Shown here: positions 26,506-34,996 of the stretch, in pieces
Layout: each line of letters starts with the position of its first letter
Position numbering within the stretch: the first letter of the stretch is position 1
DNA from: an uncultured Gammaproteobacteria bacterium
GTDB taxonomy: Bacteria; Patescibacteriota; Patescibacteriia; VMEV01; CAYQCH01
Assembly: GCA_964503955.1 (NCBI GenBank)
Contig: CAZDCG010000002.1
Location: 205,047-269,046 of the forward strand
DNA: 64,000 nt
Reading direction: 5' to 3'
Program-made: the position numbers and the translations under genes
The notes under the pieces: generated by a model
What the model was told of the DNA's origin: nothing
Seen by the model: the letters and a program-made list of their open reading frames with translations, nothing else
Databases searched by the model: none

Positions 26506-27237
26506 ATGAATGATTTTTCTGATTTTGAACAAATAGAGAAGGCACCCAAATCAGGCAAGGGGGGTGAAACATATAAATGGGCCGCAATAGGGTTGCTGAT
26601 TCTGATGCTTGTGCTGGCATTATTCACCACCAAGTTCTGGCGCGAGCAGCAAAACCAAAAGCAACTCGTAACCCAATTGCAGGAATTGCTTGATGAATCT
26701 CAATCGGAGCTGCTGGATATGCTTGATGAACAGGCGGAACTGCGGGGCCGGCTCGCTGCTTTTGAAAATGAATTCGGTTCGATTGAGCCAATACTATTGA
26801 ACAATAAAATTGAACTTGCCATTGGGGAGCTTGGCCGGGATATGTCTATTTTCAAGCATCCGGAGGTTGAAACGCTCTACTTCTTCACGGATCTATCTGC
26901 GGAGGAGCCTGCTATCTGGTCCTATGATGTCCGTGATGATCAAACGTATCGAGATTCAGGGGAAATCGATATCGCCGCCGCGAAGAAAACCTTGCTTGAA
27001 CAGACATCCGGCAATTCCATTACGTTTGTGAAAATGGAAGGGAATCAGCTTCTTTTTCTGCAGGATACGGAATCCGTACAAAATGAGGAGTGTTATTCAA
27101 CGTGGCTCTCAGAAAATCTCTTTTCTATAAACATTGCCGGATCGTCTCAGCAAAAGGAGCGATACCAGGCTGATGCAGCATTATTGGAAAACGAAGAGAC
27201 ACGGGTAAGCGCCTGTCTTGAAGAACAAGGATTATGA
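26506..27237 (+). CDS. Hypothetical membrane-anchored protein.
   Basis: 243 aa, with a single N-terminal TM (WAAIGLLILMLVLALFTT) followed by a coiled coil. Confidence 0.45.
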   Translation: MNDFSDFEQIEKAPKSGKGGETYKWAAIGLLILMLVLALFTTKFWREQQNQKQLVTQLQELLDESQSELLDMLDEQAELRGRLAAFENEFGSIEPILLNNKIELAIGELGRDMSIFKHPEVETLYFFTDLSAEEPAIWSYDVRDDQTYRDSGEIDIAAAKKTLLEQTSGNSITFVKMEGNQLLFLQDTESVQNEECYSTWLSENLFSINIAGSSQQKERYQADAALLENEETRVSACLEEQGL

Positions 27238-27647
27238 ACTACTGGTTAGTCAAATCAGAACCGGAAACCTATTCTTTTGATGATTTGAAACGAGATAAGC
27301 GCACGGTCTGGGACGGCGTGCGTAATTTCGCGGCCAGAAATAATTTGCGGGATATGAAAAAAGGAGATCTCGCCTTGTTTTATCATAGCGGGAAGGGGAA
27401 AGAGATTGTGGGTATTGCCAAAGTAACAAAAGAAGCATTCCCTGATCCAACCGCCGACGCTGCTGAACGCGAAACATGGTCTTCTGTTGAGCTAAGCTAT
27501 GTCAAAGCGCTTAAAACGCCGGTTACCTTGGCTGATGCGAAGAAAGATAAACAGCTTGCTTCCATGCAGCTAGTGACGCATTCTCGTTTATCGGTTCAAA
27601 AAGTGAAGCCCGCTGAATACGCCAAGATATTGAAAAAGAGCGAATGA
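27234..27647 (+). CDS. EVE (PUA-like) domain protein.
   Basis: 137 aa. The N-terminus MNYWLVKSEPETYSFDDL is typical of EVE-domain proteins. Confidence 0.7.
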   Translation: MNYWLVKSEPETYSFDDLKRDKRTVWDGVRNFAARNNLRDMKKGDLALFYHSGKGKEIVGIAKVTKEAFPDPTADAAERETWSSVELSYVKALKTPVTLADAKKDKQLASMQLVTHSRLSVQKVKPAEYAKILKKSE

Positions 27648-27726
27648 GAATTCAAATCACAGCCGATCAGCCAAGGTCGGCTTTTTTGAACCGGATTCAA
27701 CGGTAAACAAACATGAAAAACCCTCC

Positions 27727-27786
27727 TTGACAGAGGGGGGCTTGGTTCATATAATTTGATTAGCACTCAGTATGTTAGACTGCTAA
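27727..27786 (+). promoter_or_regulatory. Consensus sigma70 promoter (TTGACA, 17-bp spacer, TATAAT) followed by a CIRCE operator (TTAGCACTC-N9-GACTGCTAA) in front of hrcA.
   Basis: TTGACA is at 27727-27732, TATAAT at 27750-27755 and CIRCE at 27760-27786, with one mismatch to the consensus TTAGCACTC-N9-GAGTGCTAA. Confidence 0.8.
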
Positions 27787-27787
27787 T

Positions 27788-28471
27788 ATGACCGAGCGGC
27801 AAAGCCAGCTGCTAAAACAACTTATCGAATCCCATATCGCAACGGCAGAGCCGGTGGCTTCTTCATTGCTGGCGGAAAAGCAGAAAGTGAGTTCAGCAAC
27901 GGTCCGCAATGAAATGGCCGCGCTTGAAAAAGAAGGGTATATCCGGCAGCCGCATACATCCGCCGGCCGTATTCCGACGCTGAAAGGGTATCAGCACTAT
28001 TTGCAGCACTTTCTTGCTCCAAAAACGCCCTCACAGGGGCAGCAGGAAAGTCTGGCCAGGGCTGCGGAAGGGGGCGACCATGTGCGCTCCGTCGCAAAGG
28101 AGCTGGCTGAGCATGCTGATATCGCCGTATTGGTGGCATTTGCCAATAATGATTTCTACTATACCGGCTTGTCGAAATTATTTGCTCAGCCTGAATTCAT
28201 TCATTCTGAGACCATTATTGATATCTCGCTGGTGCTTGATGCATTGGACGACACGCTTGAGCAATTATACGGATCAGCCGGCGAAGAGGTGAATATTCTG
28301 ATTGGAAACGAGAATCCATTTTCTCCGCAATGCAGCCTGCTTATTACCAAAAGCCCGGTTCGTGAATTCGAAGGAGTCATGGCGCTGCTCGGTCCGGTCC
28401 GCATGAACTATAACCGCAATGCCGGGCTCCTCTCATTTACCAAAATGCTTTTAACAAAAAAACATGCTTAA
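27788..28471 (+). CDS. hrcA: Heat-inducible transcription repressor HrcA.
   Basis: 227 aa. MTERQSQLLKQLIESHIATAEPVASSLLAEK...VSSATVRNEMAALEKEGYIRQPHTSAGRIPT is the HrcA N-terminal wHTH. It is preceded by CIRCE. Confidence 0.85.
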   Translation: MTERQSQLLKQLIESHIATAEPVASSLLAEKQKVSSATVRNEMAALEKEGYIRQPHTSAGRIPTLKGYQHYLQHFLAPKTPSQGQQESLARAAEGGDHVRSVAKELAEHADIAVLVAFANNDFYYTGLSKLFAQPEFIHSETIIDISLVLDALDDTLEQLYGSAGEEVNILIGNENPFSPQCSLLITKSPVREFEGVMALLGPVRMNYNRNAGLLSFTKMLLTKKHA

Positions 28472-29042
28472 CAAATCACTGATTACCAAGCTGAAGAAAG
28501 ATTACCAATCGCACCAGGACATGCGCCATCAACTGATTCAGCAGTCCAATGCGGCATTGCGAAGCTCAAAACAGGCTATTTTCAGCCTGCATCGCGATGA
28601 TCTTTCTGCCGCCAAGCAGCTATTGGCCGATGTTGAGAGGACTTTTCTCGCTTTACAGAAAGGGTTGTTGAAAAAACATCCCCAGCTCAAGCAGCAGGGG
28701 GCGTATCTGGCGGCTCTGGAGGAATTCGTGGAAGCAAGCCTTTTATACCAGGTATTTACTGCGGGCAGCATAGGTCCGATCGCGAAAGTTGAAATCGGCG
28801 CGGACCAGTATATCGGCGGGCTTTGCGATCTGACCGGGGAACTGACCAGGCAGGCCGTGCTCAAAGCAACGGAGCAGGATTATGAAACGGTGGAACAATA
28901 TTACAGTCTGGTTGAGGAGACAGTTGGCGCACTGCTGCAGTTTGACTTGGTTAGCCATCTCCGTCAGAAATATGACGACGCAAAGCGCAATCTGAAGAGA
29001 CTTGAGGGGATTCGATATGACATATCGTTGAGACAAGGTTAA
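28464..29042 (+). CDS. Translin-family-like protein.
   Basis: 192 aa. ADQYIGGLCDLTGELTRQAV matches the translin (E/Q)Y..GL.DLTGEL.R signature. The upstream LAALEEFVEASLLYQVF matches the conserved EE..EA..F helix. Confidence 0.45.
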   Translation: MLNKSLITKLKKDYQSHQDMRHQLIQQSNAALRSSKQAIFSLHRDDLSAAKQLLADVERTFLALQKGLLKKHPQLKQQGAYLAALEEFVEASLLYQVFTAGSIGPIAKVEIGADQYIGGLCDLTGELTRQAVLKATEQDYETVEQYYSLVEETVGALLQFDLVSHLRQKYDDAKRNLKRLEGIRYDISLRQG

Positions 29043-29090
29043 GGAGTTAATGTGTTCATGGGTTAACGCGTTAGCCCGTTAACAGAAGCT

Positions 29091-29561
29091 ATGGAAGAAG
29101 AAATCAAGCAAGAAGAATCAAAAGAGCCTGAGCATGAGCATCATATCGACTACAAAGATGCCTGGCTGCGCGTGCAGGCGGACTATCAGAACCTCCTCAA
29201 AGAAACAGCCAAGAAGCAGGCAGATTACGCACGTTACGCCAATGAAGAGCTGCTCAAAGATCTGCTGCCTGTCGCGGAACACTTTTCACAGGGACTGAAG
29301 TATATACCTGCGGAGCATCATAAGACTGACTGGATGATCGGCTTCTTGCAGATCAAGAAGATGCTCGATGAGTTTCTCCAAAAGCAGGGAGTTGAACGAA
29401 TCCAGACAGTTGGAGAGATGTTCAACCCTGAGATTCATGAAGCGGTTGCAAACCGGAAAGAAGAGGGGAAAGAATCCGGAACCATTCTTGAAGAAGTATC
29501 AGGCGGCTACAAGCTCAATGGCAAGATTGTTCTGACACCCAAAGTGATTGTTGCAGAATAA
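29091..29561 (+). CDS. grpE: Nucleotide exchange factor GrpE.
   Basis: 156 aa. RVQADYQNLLKETAKKQAD (coiled coil) and the C-terminal beta domain FNPEIHEAV...VLTPKVIVAE are present. Confidence 0.85.
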   Translation: MEEEIKQEESKEPEHEHHIDYKDAWLRVQADYQNLLKETAKKQADYARYANEELLKDLLPVAEHFSQGLKYIPAEHHKTDWMIGFLQIKKMLDEFLQKQGVERIQTVGEMFNPEIHEAVANRKEEGKESGTILEEVSGGYKLNGKIVLTPKVIVAE

Positions 29562-29660
29562 CTCGTTAGCCCGTTAACGCGTTAACATAAAAATACATTC
29601 TTATCTTTAACTTGGAGCGTCGCAGGCATTTCGCATGCGGCCCTCCAGCCACAAACCCAT

Positions 29661-30104
29661 ATGTCAATCATCAAATGGACACCAATGTTTCCCTGGGGAG
29701 ATGACTTCGACAAGATGTTTGAAGACATGCTTCCCTCAAGAATGTCAGATGGCATGAAGGGCTTCATGCCGGCCGTTGACGTTTACGAAACCAAAAAAGA
29801 CGTTATGGTTGAAATGTCTGTCGCGCATATTGATCCGGAAAAAGTGGATATCTCTATCAAGAACAATGTTCTGCACGTGAAAGGCTCAACAGAAAAGAGA
29901 TCGGAGGTAGAAGATAAAAACTATTTCCGAAGAGAAATCCGATCAGGAAGTTTTTACCGCACGATCCCGCTTCCAACCGAGGTAATCCCGGAAAAGACAA
30001 CCGCGATCCACGAAGATGGCGTGCTCCGCATCGCCATGCCGAAAGCAAAGAAGAATGTAGGAACGGAAATCAAGGTGCAGGTGAAAAAGGGGAAGAAGAA
30101 ATAG
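29661..30104 (+). CDS. Hsp20/alpha-crystallin-family small heat-shock protein.
   Basis: 147 aa. The alpha-crystallin domain core is PAVDVYETKKDVMVEMSVAHIDPEKVDISIKNNVLHVKG...FYRTIPLP. Confidence 0.8.
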   Translation: MSIIKWTPMFPWGDDFDKMFEDMLPSRMSDGMKGFMPAVDVYETKKDVMVEMSVAHIDPEKVDISIKNNVLHVKGSTEKRSEVEDKNYFRREIRSGSFYRTIPLPTEVIPEKTTAIHEDGVLRIAMPKAKKNVGTEIKVQVKKGKKK

Positions 30105-30275
30105 CTGCATGTTTGATGCGCTCTCACTCATGAAGCATGGGGGAGAGGCATCGAGGATGCAATCCTCAGACATAACAGACGCACAGACTTAATAGACTCA
30201 CAAATAAAAAGCATTGGCGTGAGTGAGGGGCTGGTGTCTGATACTTCTATCGTTAACACTGTAAAGCAAGTCTCT

Positions 30276-32171
30276 ATGCCAAAGATCCTCGGAATCGATT
30301 TGGGTACCACCAATAGCGCGATGGCTGTCATTGAAGGAGGTCAGCCCAAAATCATCGAAAATAAAGAAGGAAATCGAACCATGCCTTCCATGGTTGCTTT
30401 ATCAAAAAGCAAAGAGCGCCTGGTTGGCCTTCAAGCAAAACGCCAGGCGGTGACCAATCCGCAGAATACGATTTATTCAGTAAAGCGCCTGATCGGCCGC
30501 CGCTGGGATGACGCGGAGGTGCAGCGGGATGTGAAGCTCTTTCCATTCGGCATCAAACAGGCCGGAGAAGGCGTGAAGGTGCAGCTGGGAGATAAGGACT
30601 ATACGCCGCAGGAAATCTCAGCCATGGTCCTGCAAAAGCTGAAAGCTGACGCAGAAGAACGCCTTGGAGAAAAGATCACCGAAGCGGTGATCACTGTTCC
30701 GGCATATTTTGACGATTCTCAGCGCCAGGCAACAAAAGACGCGGGGAAAATCGCAGGGCTTGAAGTGAAGCGTATCATCAATGAGCCAACTGCCGCAGCG
30801 CTGGCTTATGGATTCAATAAGAAAAAGGGGGAAAAGATCGCTGTTTACGACCTTGGTGGCGGTACGTTTGATGTTTCCGTACTCGAAGTGTCTGAAGATA
30901 CGGTAGAAGTAAAGGCGACCAATGGCGATACGCATCTTGGCGGCGACGACTTTGACCAGCGCATCATCCAGTGGATGCTTGATGAATTCAAAAAGGATCA
31001 GGGCATTGATCTCAGCCAGGACCAGCTTGCTTTGCAGCGCCTCAAGGAAGCTGCTGAAAAGGCAAAGCATGAGCTTTCTAGCACGGCGGAAACCGAAGTA
31101 AATCAGCCGTTTATCACTTCCGACGCGTCCGGACCAAAGCATTTGATTCTAACCTTGACTCGATCCAAGCTTGAAGAGCTTGTCATGGATTTGGCTGAAC
31201 GTACGCTTGAGCCATGCCGCAAAGCATTGGCTGATGCCGGGATGAAAACATCCGATATCGACGAGATCATCATGGTCGGAGGTATGACCCGCATGCCGTT
31301 GATTCAGAAGAAAGTAGAAGAATTCTTCGGGAAAAAACCGAATCTGAGCATTAATCCTGACGAAGTCGTTGCGCTTGGAGCCGCTGTTCAGGCGGGTGTT
31401 TTACAGGGAGACGTAAAAGACATTCTCTTGCTTGACGTAACCCCGCTTTCATTGGGAATCGAAACCATGGGCGGAGTGATGACGCGCCTGATCGACCGCA
31501 ATACCACCATTCCAACTTCAAAGGAACAAACCTTCTCTACGGCGGCCGACAATCAGCCATCCGTGGAAATCCATGTCCTGCAGGGAGAACGCGAAATGGC
31601 CTCAGACAACAAAACGCTCGGCCGCTTTACGCTTAGCGGTATTCCGCCGGCTCCTCGCGGCGTTCCGCAGATTCTTGTAAAGTTTGATATCGACGCGAAC
31701 GGCATTCTTAATGTCAGCGCGAAGGATCAGGCCTCCGGCAAAGAGCAGTCAATCACCATCCAGGCATCTACTTCACTATCTAAAGACGAAGTTGAACGCA
31801 TGACCAAGGAAGCCGAGGCGCATGCGGACGAAGACAAGAAGAAGCGTGAATTGATTGAAACCCGAAATCTGGCTGATACCATGGTTTATACCACCGAAAA
31901 GATGATTGCTGACAATAAAGACAAGATCCAGGAGGCGCAACAGAAGGAATTGGAAGAGTTGATCGCCAAAGTAAAGGAAGTGAAAGACGGCGACGATATT
32001 GAGGCGATCAAATCAGCCGGCGACGCACTTTCAAAGAAGGCGCAGGAAATCGGCGCCGGTCTGTATCAGCAGCAATCCCAATCCGACCAGAATACGGGCG
32101 AACAAAAAAATGATTCAGGGCCAAAAGAGGCGGAATTCGAAGACGTGAAACCTGAAGAGGAGTCAAAGTAA
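30276..32171 (+). CDS. dnaK: Chaperone DnaK (Hsp70).
   Basis: [18 protein letters not shown]..., [12 protein letters not shown], and a GGMTRMP-like segment. The listed ORF start at 30219 is an N-terminal extension. Confidence 0.95.
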   Translation: MPKILGIDLGTTNSAMAVIEGGQPKIIENKEGNRTMPSMVALSKSKERLVGLQAKRQAVTNPQNTIYSVKRLIGRRWDDAEVQRDVKLFPFGIKQAGEGVKVQLGDKDYTPQEISAMVLQKLKADAEERLGEKITEAVITVPAYFDDSQRQATKDAGKIAGLEVKRIINEPTAAALAYGFNKKKGEKIAVYDLGGGTFDVSVLEVSEDTVEVKATNGDTHLGGDDFDQRIIQWMLDEFKKDQGIDLSQDQLALQRLKEAAEKAKHELSSTAETEVNQPFITSDASGPKHLILTLTRSKLEELVMDLAERTLEPCRKALADAGMKTSDIDEIIMVGGMTRMPLIQKKVEEFFGKKPNLSINPDEVVALGAAVQAGVLQGDVKDILLLDVTPLSLGIETMGGVMTRLIDRNTTIPTSKEQTFSTAADNQPSVEIHVLQGEREMASDNKTLGRFTLSGIPPAPRGVPQILVKFDIDANGILNVSAKDQASGKEQSITIQASTSLSKDEVERMTKEAEAHADEDKKKRELIETRNLADTMVYTTEKMIADNKDKIQEAQQKELEELIAKVKEVKDGDDIEAIKSAGDALSKKAQEIGAGLYQQQSQSDQNTGEQKNDSGPKEAEFEDVKPEEESK

Positions 32172-32178
32172 CATTGAC

Positions 32179-32262
32179 GAGACTCACAGACACACAGACG
32201 AGATAGACTTACAGACAGTTTTTGTCTGTGTGTCTGAAAAGTCTGAGAAGCCTGTGAGTCTC
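32179..32262 (+). repeat. Nested hairpin between dnaK and dnaJ. Outer arms are GAGACTCACAG/CTGTGAGTCTC and inner arms CAGACACACAGAC/GTCTGTGTGTCTG. It ends 2 nt before an ATG.
   Basis: Perfect outer arms at 32179-32189 and 32252-32262. Perfect inner arms at 32187-32199 and 32224-32236. A TTTTT run lies in the loop. Confidence 0.7.
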
Positions 32263-32272
32263 CATGCGCAGC

Positions 32273-33379
32273 ATGGGCAAAGACTATTATAAAATCCTCG
32301 GTATCGATAAGAATGCTTCACAGGAAGACGTGAAGAAGGCTTTTCGCAAGCTTGCGCACAAATATCATCCCGACAAGAAGGATACCGGGGACGAAGCCAA
32401 GTTCAAAGAAATCAACGAGGCGTACCAGATCCTTGGCGATGAACAAAAGCGCCGCCAGTACGACCAATTCGGCAGCGCGGCCTTTGGCAATGGAGGTACG
32501 GGCGGATTCAACTGGCAGGACTTCGCGCGCCAGGGAGCTGGATTTGGCGGGCAGGGCATGCATTTTGATTTCGGCGATTTTGATCTTGGCGACTTGTTCG
32601 GCCAGGCATTTGGTTTTGGAGGCGGCCGTTCAAGGCGCGCGTCTACCGGTCCGCAGCGGGGAGCTGATATCCGTGCGGCGATCCGGATAACATTTGAGGA
32701 GGCCGTACATGGAGTGCAGAAAGAACTCTCTTTAGAGCGTACGGTGACCTGCGATCATTGTCAGGGAAATGGCGCTGAGCCGGGAACAAAAATCAATGTA
32801 TGTGAAGACTGCGGGGGAACAGGCAGGCGCGTACATGCGCAAAATACGCCGTTTGGCACGTTTCAAACCCAGTCGGTTTGTCCAAGCTGCCGAGGACAGG
32901 GGAAAATACCTGAATCAATCTGCAGCAAATGCCAGGGGAGAGGCGTTTACAGCAAGCATCAAACCCTGAATATCAGGATTCCTGCGGGAATTGATTCAGG
33001 AGAAACCCTGCGCATTTCAGGCGAAGGAGAAGCAGGGCTTCGAGGAGGACCGGCCGGCGATTTATATGTGGAGATCCGCGTTCAGGAAAGCAAGTTATTT
33101 GATCGCGAGGGGTACGACATTATCTCAAAGCTGATCGTTAATATAAGCACGGCCGCATTAGGCGGGAAAATGGAAGTACAGACGATTGATGGTCCTGTAT
33201 CGTTGAAAATACCAGCTGGAACACAAAGCGGAACGGTGCTTAAGCTTAAAGGCAAGGGAATTGAAAAATTGCATGGCCGCGGACAAGGCGACCACCTTGT
33301 TGAAGTGATCGTTAAGACACCGGAAAACCTGTCGCGCAAGGCAAGAAAGCTGCTTGAGGAATTGGATAGCGAAATCTGA
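32273..33379 (+). CDS. dnaJ: Chaperone DnaJ, with J domain, G/F-rich region, zinc-finger CxxCxGxG repeats and C-terminal domains.
   Basis: DYYKILGIDKNASQEDVKKAFRKLAHKYHPDK. Four C-x-x-C-x-G-x-G repeats are present (CDHCQGNG, CEDCGGTG, CPSCRGQG, CSKCQGRG). Confidence 0.9.
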   Translation: MGKDYYKILGIDKNASQEDVKKAFRKLAHKYHPDKKDTGDEAKFKEINEAYQILGDEQKRRQYDQFGSAAFGNGGTGGFNWQDFARQGAGFGGQGMHFDFGDFDLGDLFGQAFGFGGGRSRRASTGPQRGADIRAAIRITFEEAVHGVQKELSLERTVTCDHCQGNGAEPGTKINVCEDCGGTGRRVHAQNTPFGTFQTQSVCPSCRGQGKIPESICSKCQGRGVYSKHQTLNIRIPAGIDSGETLRISGEGEAGLRGGPAGDLYVEIRVQESKLFDREGYDIISKLIVNISTAALGGKMEVQTIDGPVSLKIPAGTQSGTVLKLKGKGIEKLHGRGQGDHLVEVIVKTPENLSRKARKLLEELDSEI

Positions 33380-33726
33380 TAACAGGCTTGAAGAGATTAA
33401 GCAGACCTGCCAGACGTCAAACTGGCGGTTCTATCTTTTTGCCTGGTTGATCCAGCCAGTCTCGTTCGTCTAATGATACACATGGAAAACACCGTTGTAC
33501 TACCTTTTGTGGGGTTTTCCTTTATGCCAGTCAGAGCAGATGGCAAATCCATTTCACACTTCGCCACCTTCTTGAAAGTCAAACAACGTCCCAAAAAGTC
33601 CATTGCGGCGTTAAAAAAGGAAAATCGCGTGAAGAACTTGCGAAAATTTCCGGTAGAGAAGATTCTCGGCAAACTCGTCCACAGAAAAGCGTCCGAGGTG
33701 TGATATGCTTTATCAATGGACTTCCT

Positions 33727-34149
33727 ATGGAACAAACAAGAAAACCGGTACCTAAAGCTCTTCGCACGTGGTTTCTTATCCACTTTCTCGTGGATTATGC
33801 TTTTGCGATTCCCTTATTTCTCTCGCCTCGAAAGTATATGGATTTCATGCACTGGCCGATTATCGATCCGGTCACAGGGCGGCTGGTTGCTTCTGCTTTA
33901 TTCGCGATCGGCGGCATCTCGCTGCTTGCGCGTAATGCCTCCACGGAGGTCTATAAAGCTCTCTTAAAGATGAAAGTAATCTGGTCAGCCGGCGGGATCA
34001 TTTCACTTATTATCGGTTCGTTCAATATCTTACTTTGGAGCGAGGTTTTGCTGGGTTCGATTTTCTTTGTATTCCTCGCGGTTTGGGTTTATTATCTGGA
34101 TCTGTTGTCAAAAAAACCTGTTGAGAAAATCGAGGAAGAAATCTGGTGA
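33727..34149 (+). CDS. Hypothetical integral membrane protein with four predicted TM segments.
   Basis: Hydrophobic helices throughout. The start is taken at the internal ATG (MEQTRKPVPK...). No family recognised. Confidence 0.4.
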   Translation: MEQTRKPVPKALRTWFLIHFLVDYAFAIPLFLSPRKYMDFMHWPIIDPVTGRLVASALFAIGGISLLARNASTEVYKALLKMKVIWSAGGIISLIIGSFNILLWSEVLLGSIFFVFLAVWVYYLDLLSKKPVEKIEEEIW

Positions 34150-34219
34150 AGATGCTTATCGCGGTGCCAGGCAGAAATGCCTGGTTTTTTTGTATGAAAA
34201 CCGGAGGTGATTTGCATGT

Positions 34220-34996
34220 ATGCGGCCGATGTGGACGGGAGCACTCAGCTTTGGACTGATCAATATCCCGGTGAAGTTGTACAGCGCAGCCAGGGAACAA
34301 TCCATAAAGCTGCGAATGCTTGAAAAAGGGACGCTCTGTCCTATCGGGTATGTGCGCGTATGCAAAGAAACAGGCAAAGAGGTTCCTTATGAAAAGATCG
34401 TCAAAGGATATGAATTTGAAAAAGGCGATTTCGTTGTTTTGGAGGATGAAGATTTCGAGCGGGCGAACGTAGAAAAGACCAAAACCATTGATATTGTCGA
34501 ATTCGTGGATGAAAAGGAGATTGGCACTGAATACTACGACAAACCTTATTATCTGGAACCGGAGAAACGAGCTCAGAAGGCCTATGCCTTGCTTTGCGAA
34601 TCGCTAAAGCGGTCAAAAAAGGTCGGCATCGCAAGAATGGTCCTTCGCACCAAGGAGCATATTGCGGAGCTGAAGCCGCATGGCAATATGCTGATGCTGC
34701 ATCAGTTGCGATTTCAGAACGAGATCAGGCCTGCTGAGGATTTGTCTATCCCCGAAAATCAAACGTATTCGAAAGCGGAGATCAATATGGCGTTGATGCT
34801 TATTGAACAGCTTACGTCGCATTTCAAGCCGGGTGACTTCAGTGACACATATACACAAGAGCTTTTCCGCGTGATCGGCGAAAAGAAAAAAGGGAAGAAA
34901 CCGAAAAAGAAAGGAAAAGAGCCCGAATATACGCGAATGCAGGATATCATGGAGGCGCTGAAGAAAAGCCTTGAGAAAGAGCGGATCCGCGGATGA
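34220..34996 (+). CDS. ku: Ku protein (non-homologous end joining).
   Basis: 258 aa. MWTGALSFGLINIPVKLYSA is the hallmark Ku N-terminus. The basic, lysine-rich C-terminal tail is present. Confidence 0.85.
   Translation: MRPMWTGALSFGLINIPVKLYSAAREQSIKLRMLEKGTLCPIGYVRVCKETGKEVPYEKIVKGYEFEKGDFVVLEDEDFERANVEKTKTIDIVEFVDEKEIGTEYYDKPYYLEPEKRAQKAYALLCESLKRSKKVGIARMVLRTKEHIAELKPHGNMLMLHQLRFQNEIRPAEDLSIPENQTYSKAEINMALMLIEQLTSHFKPGDFSDTYTQELFRVIGEKKKGKKPKKKGKEPEYTRMQDIMEALKKSLEKERIRG

Noticed and set aside
30219-30275. 19-aa N-terminal extension of dnaK ([19 protein letters not shown]).
   Set aside because: Hsp70 proteins start at M-x-K-I-(I/L)-GIDLGTT. The extension overlaps an upstream inverted repeat.
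33397-33783. 128-aa minus-strand ORF and a 76-aa plus ORF (33473-33703) in the dnaJ-downstream intergenic region.
   Set aside because: No RBS, low-complexity translation, mutually overlapping. The region may be non-coding. Low confidence either way.
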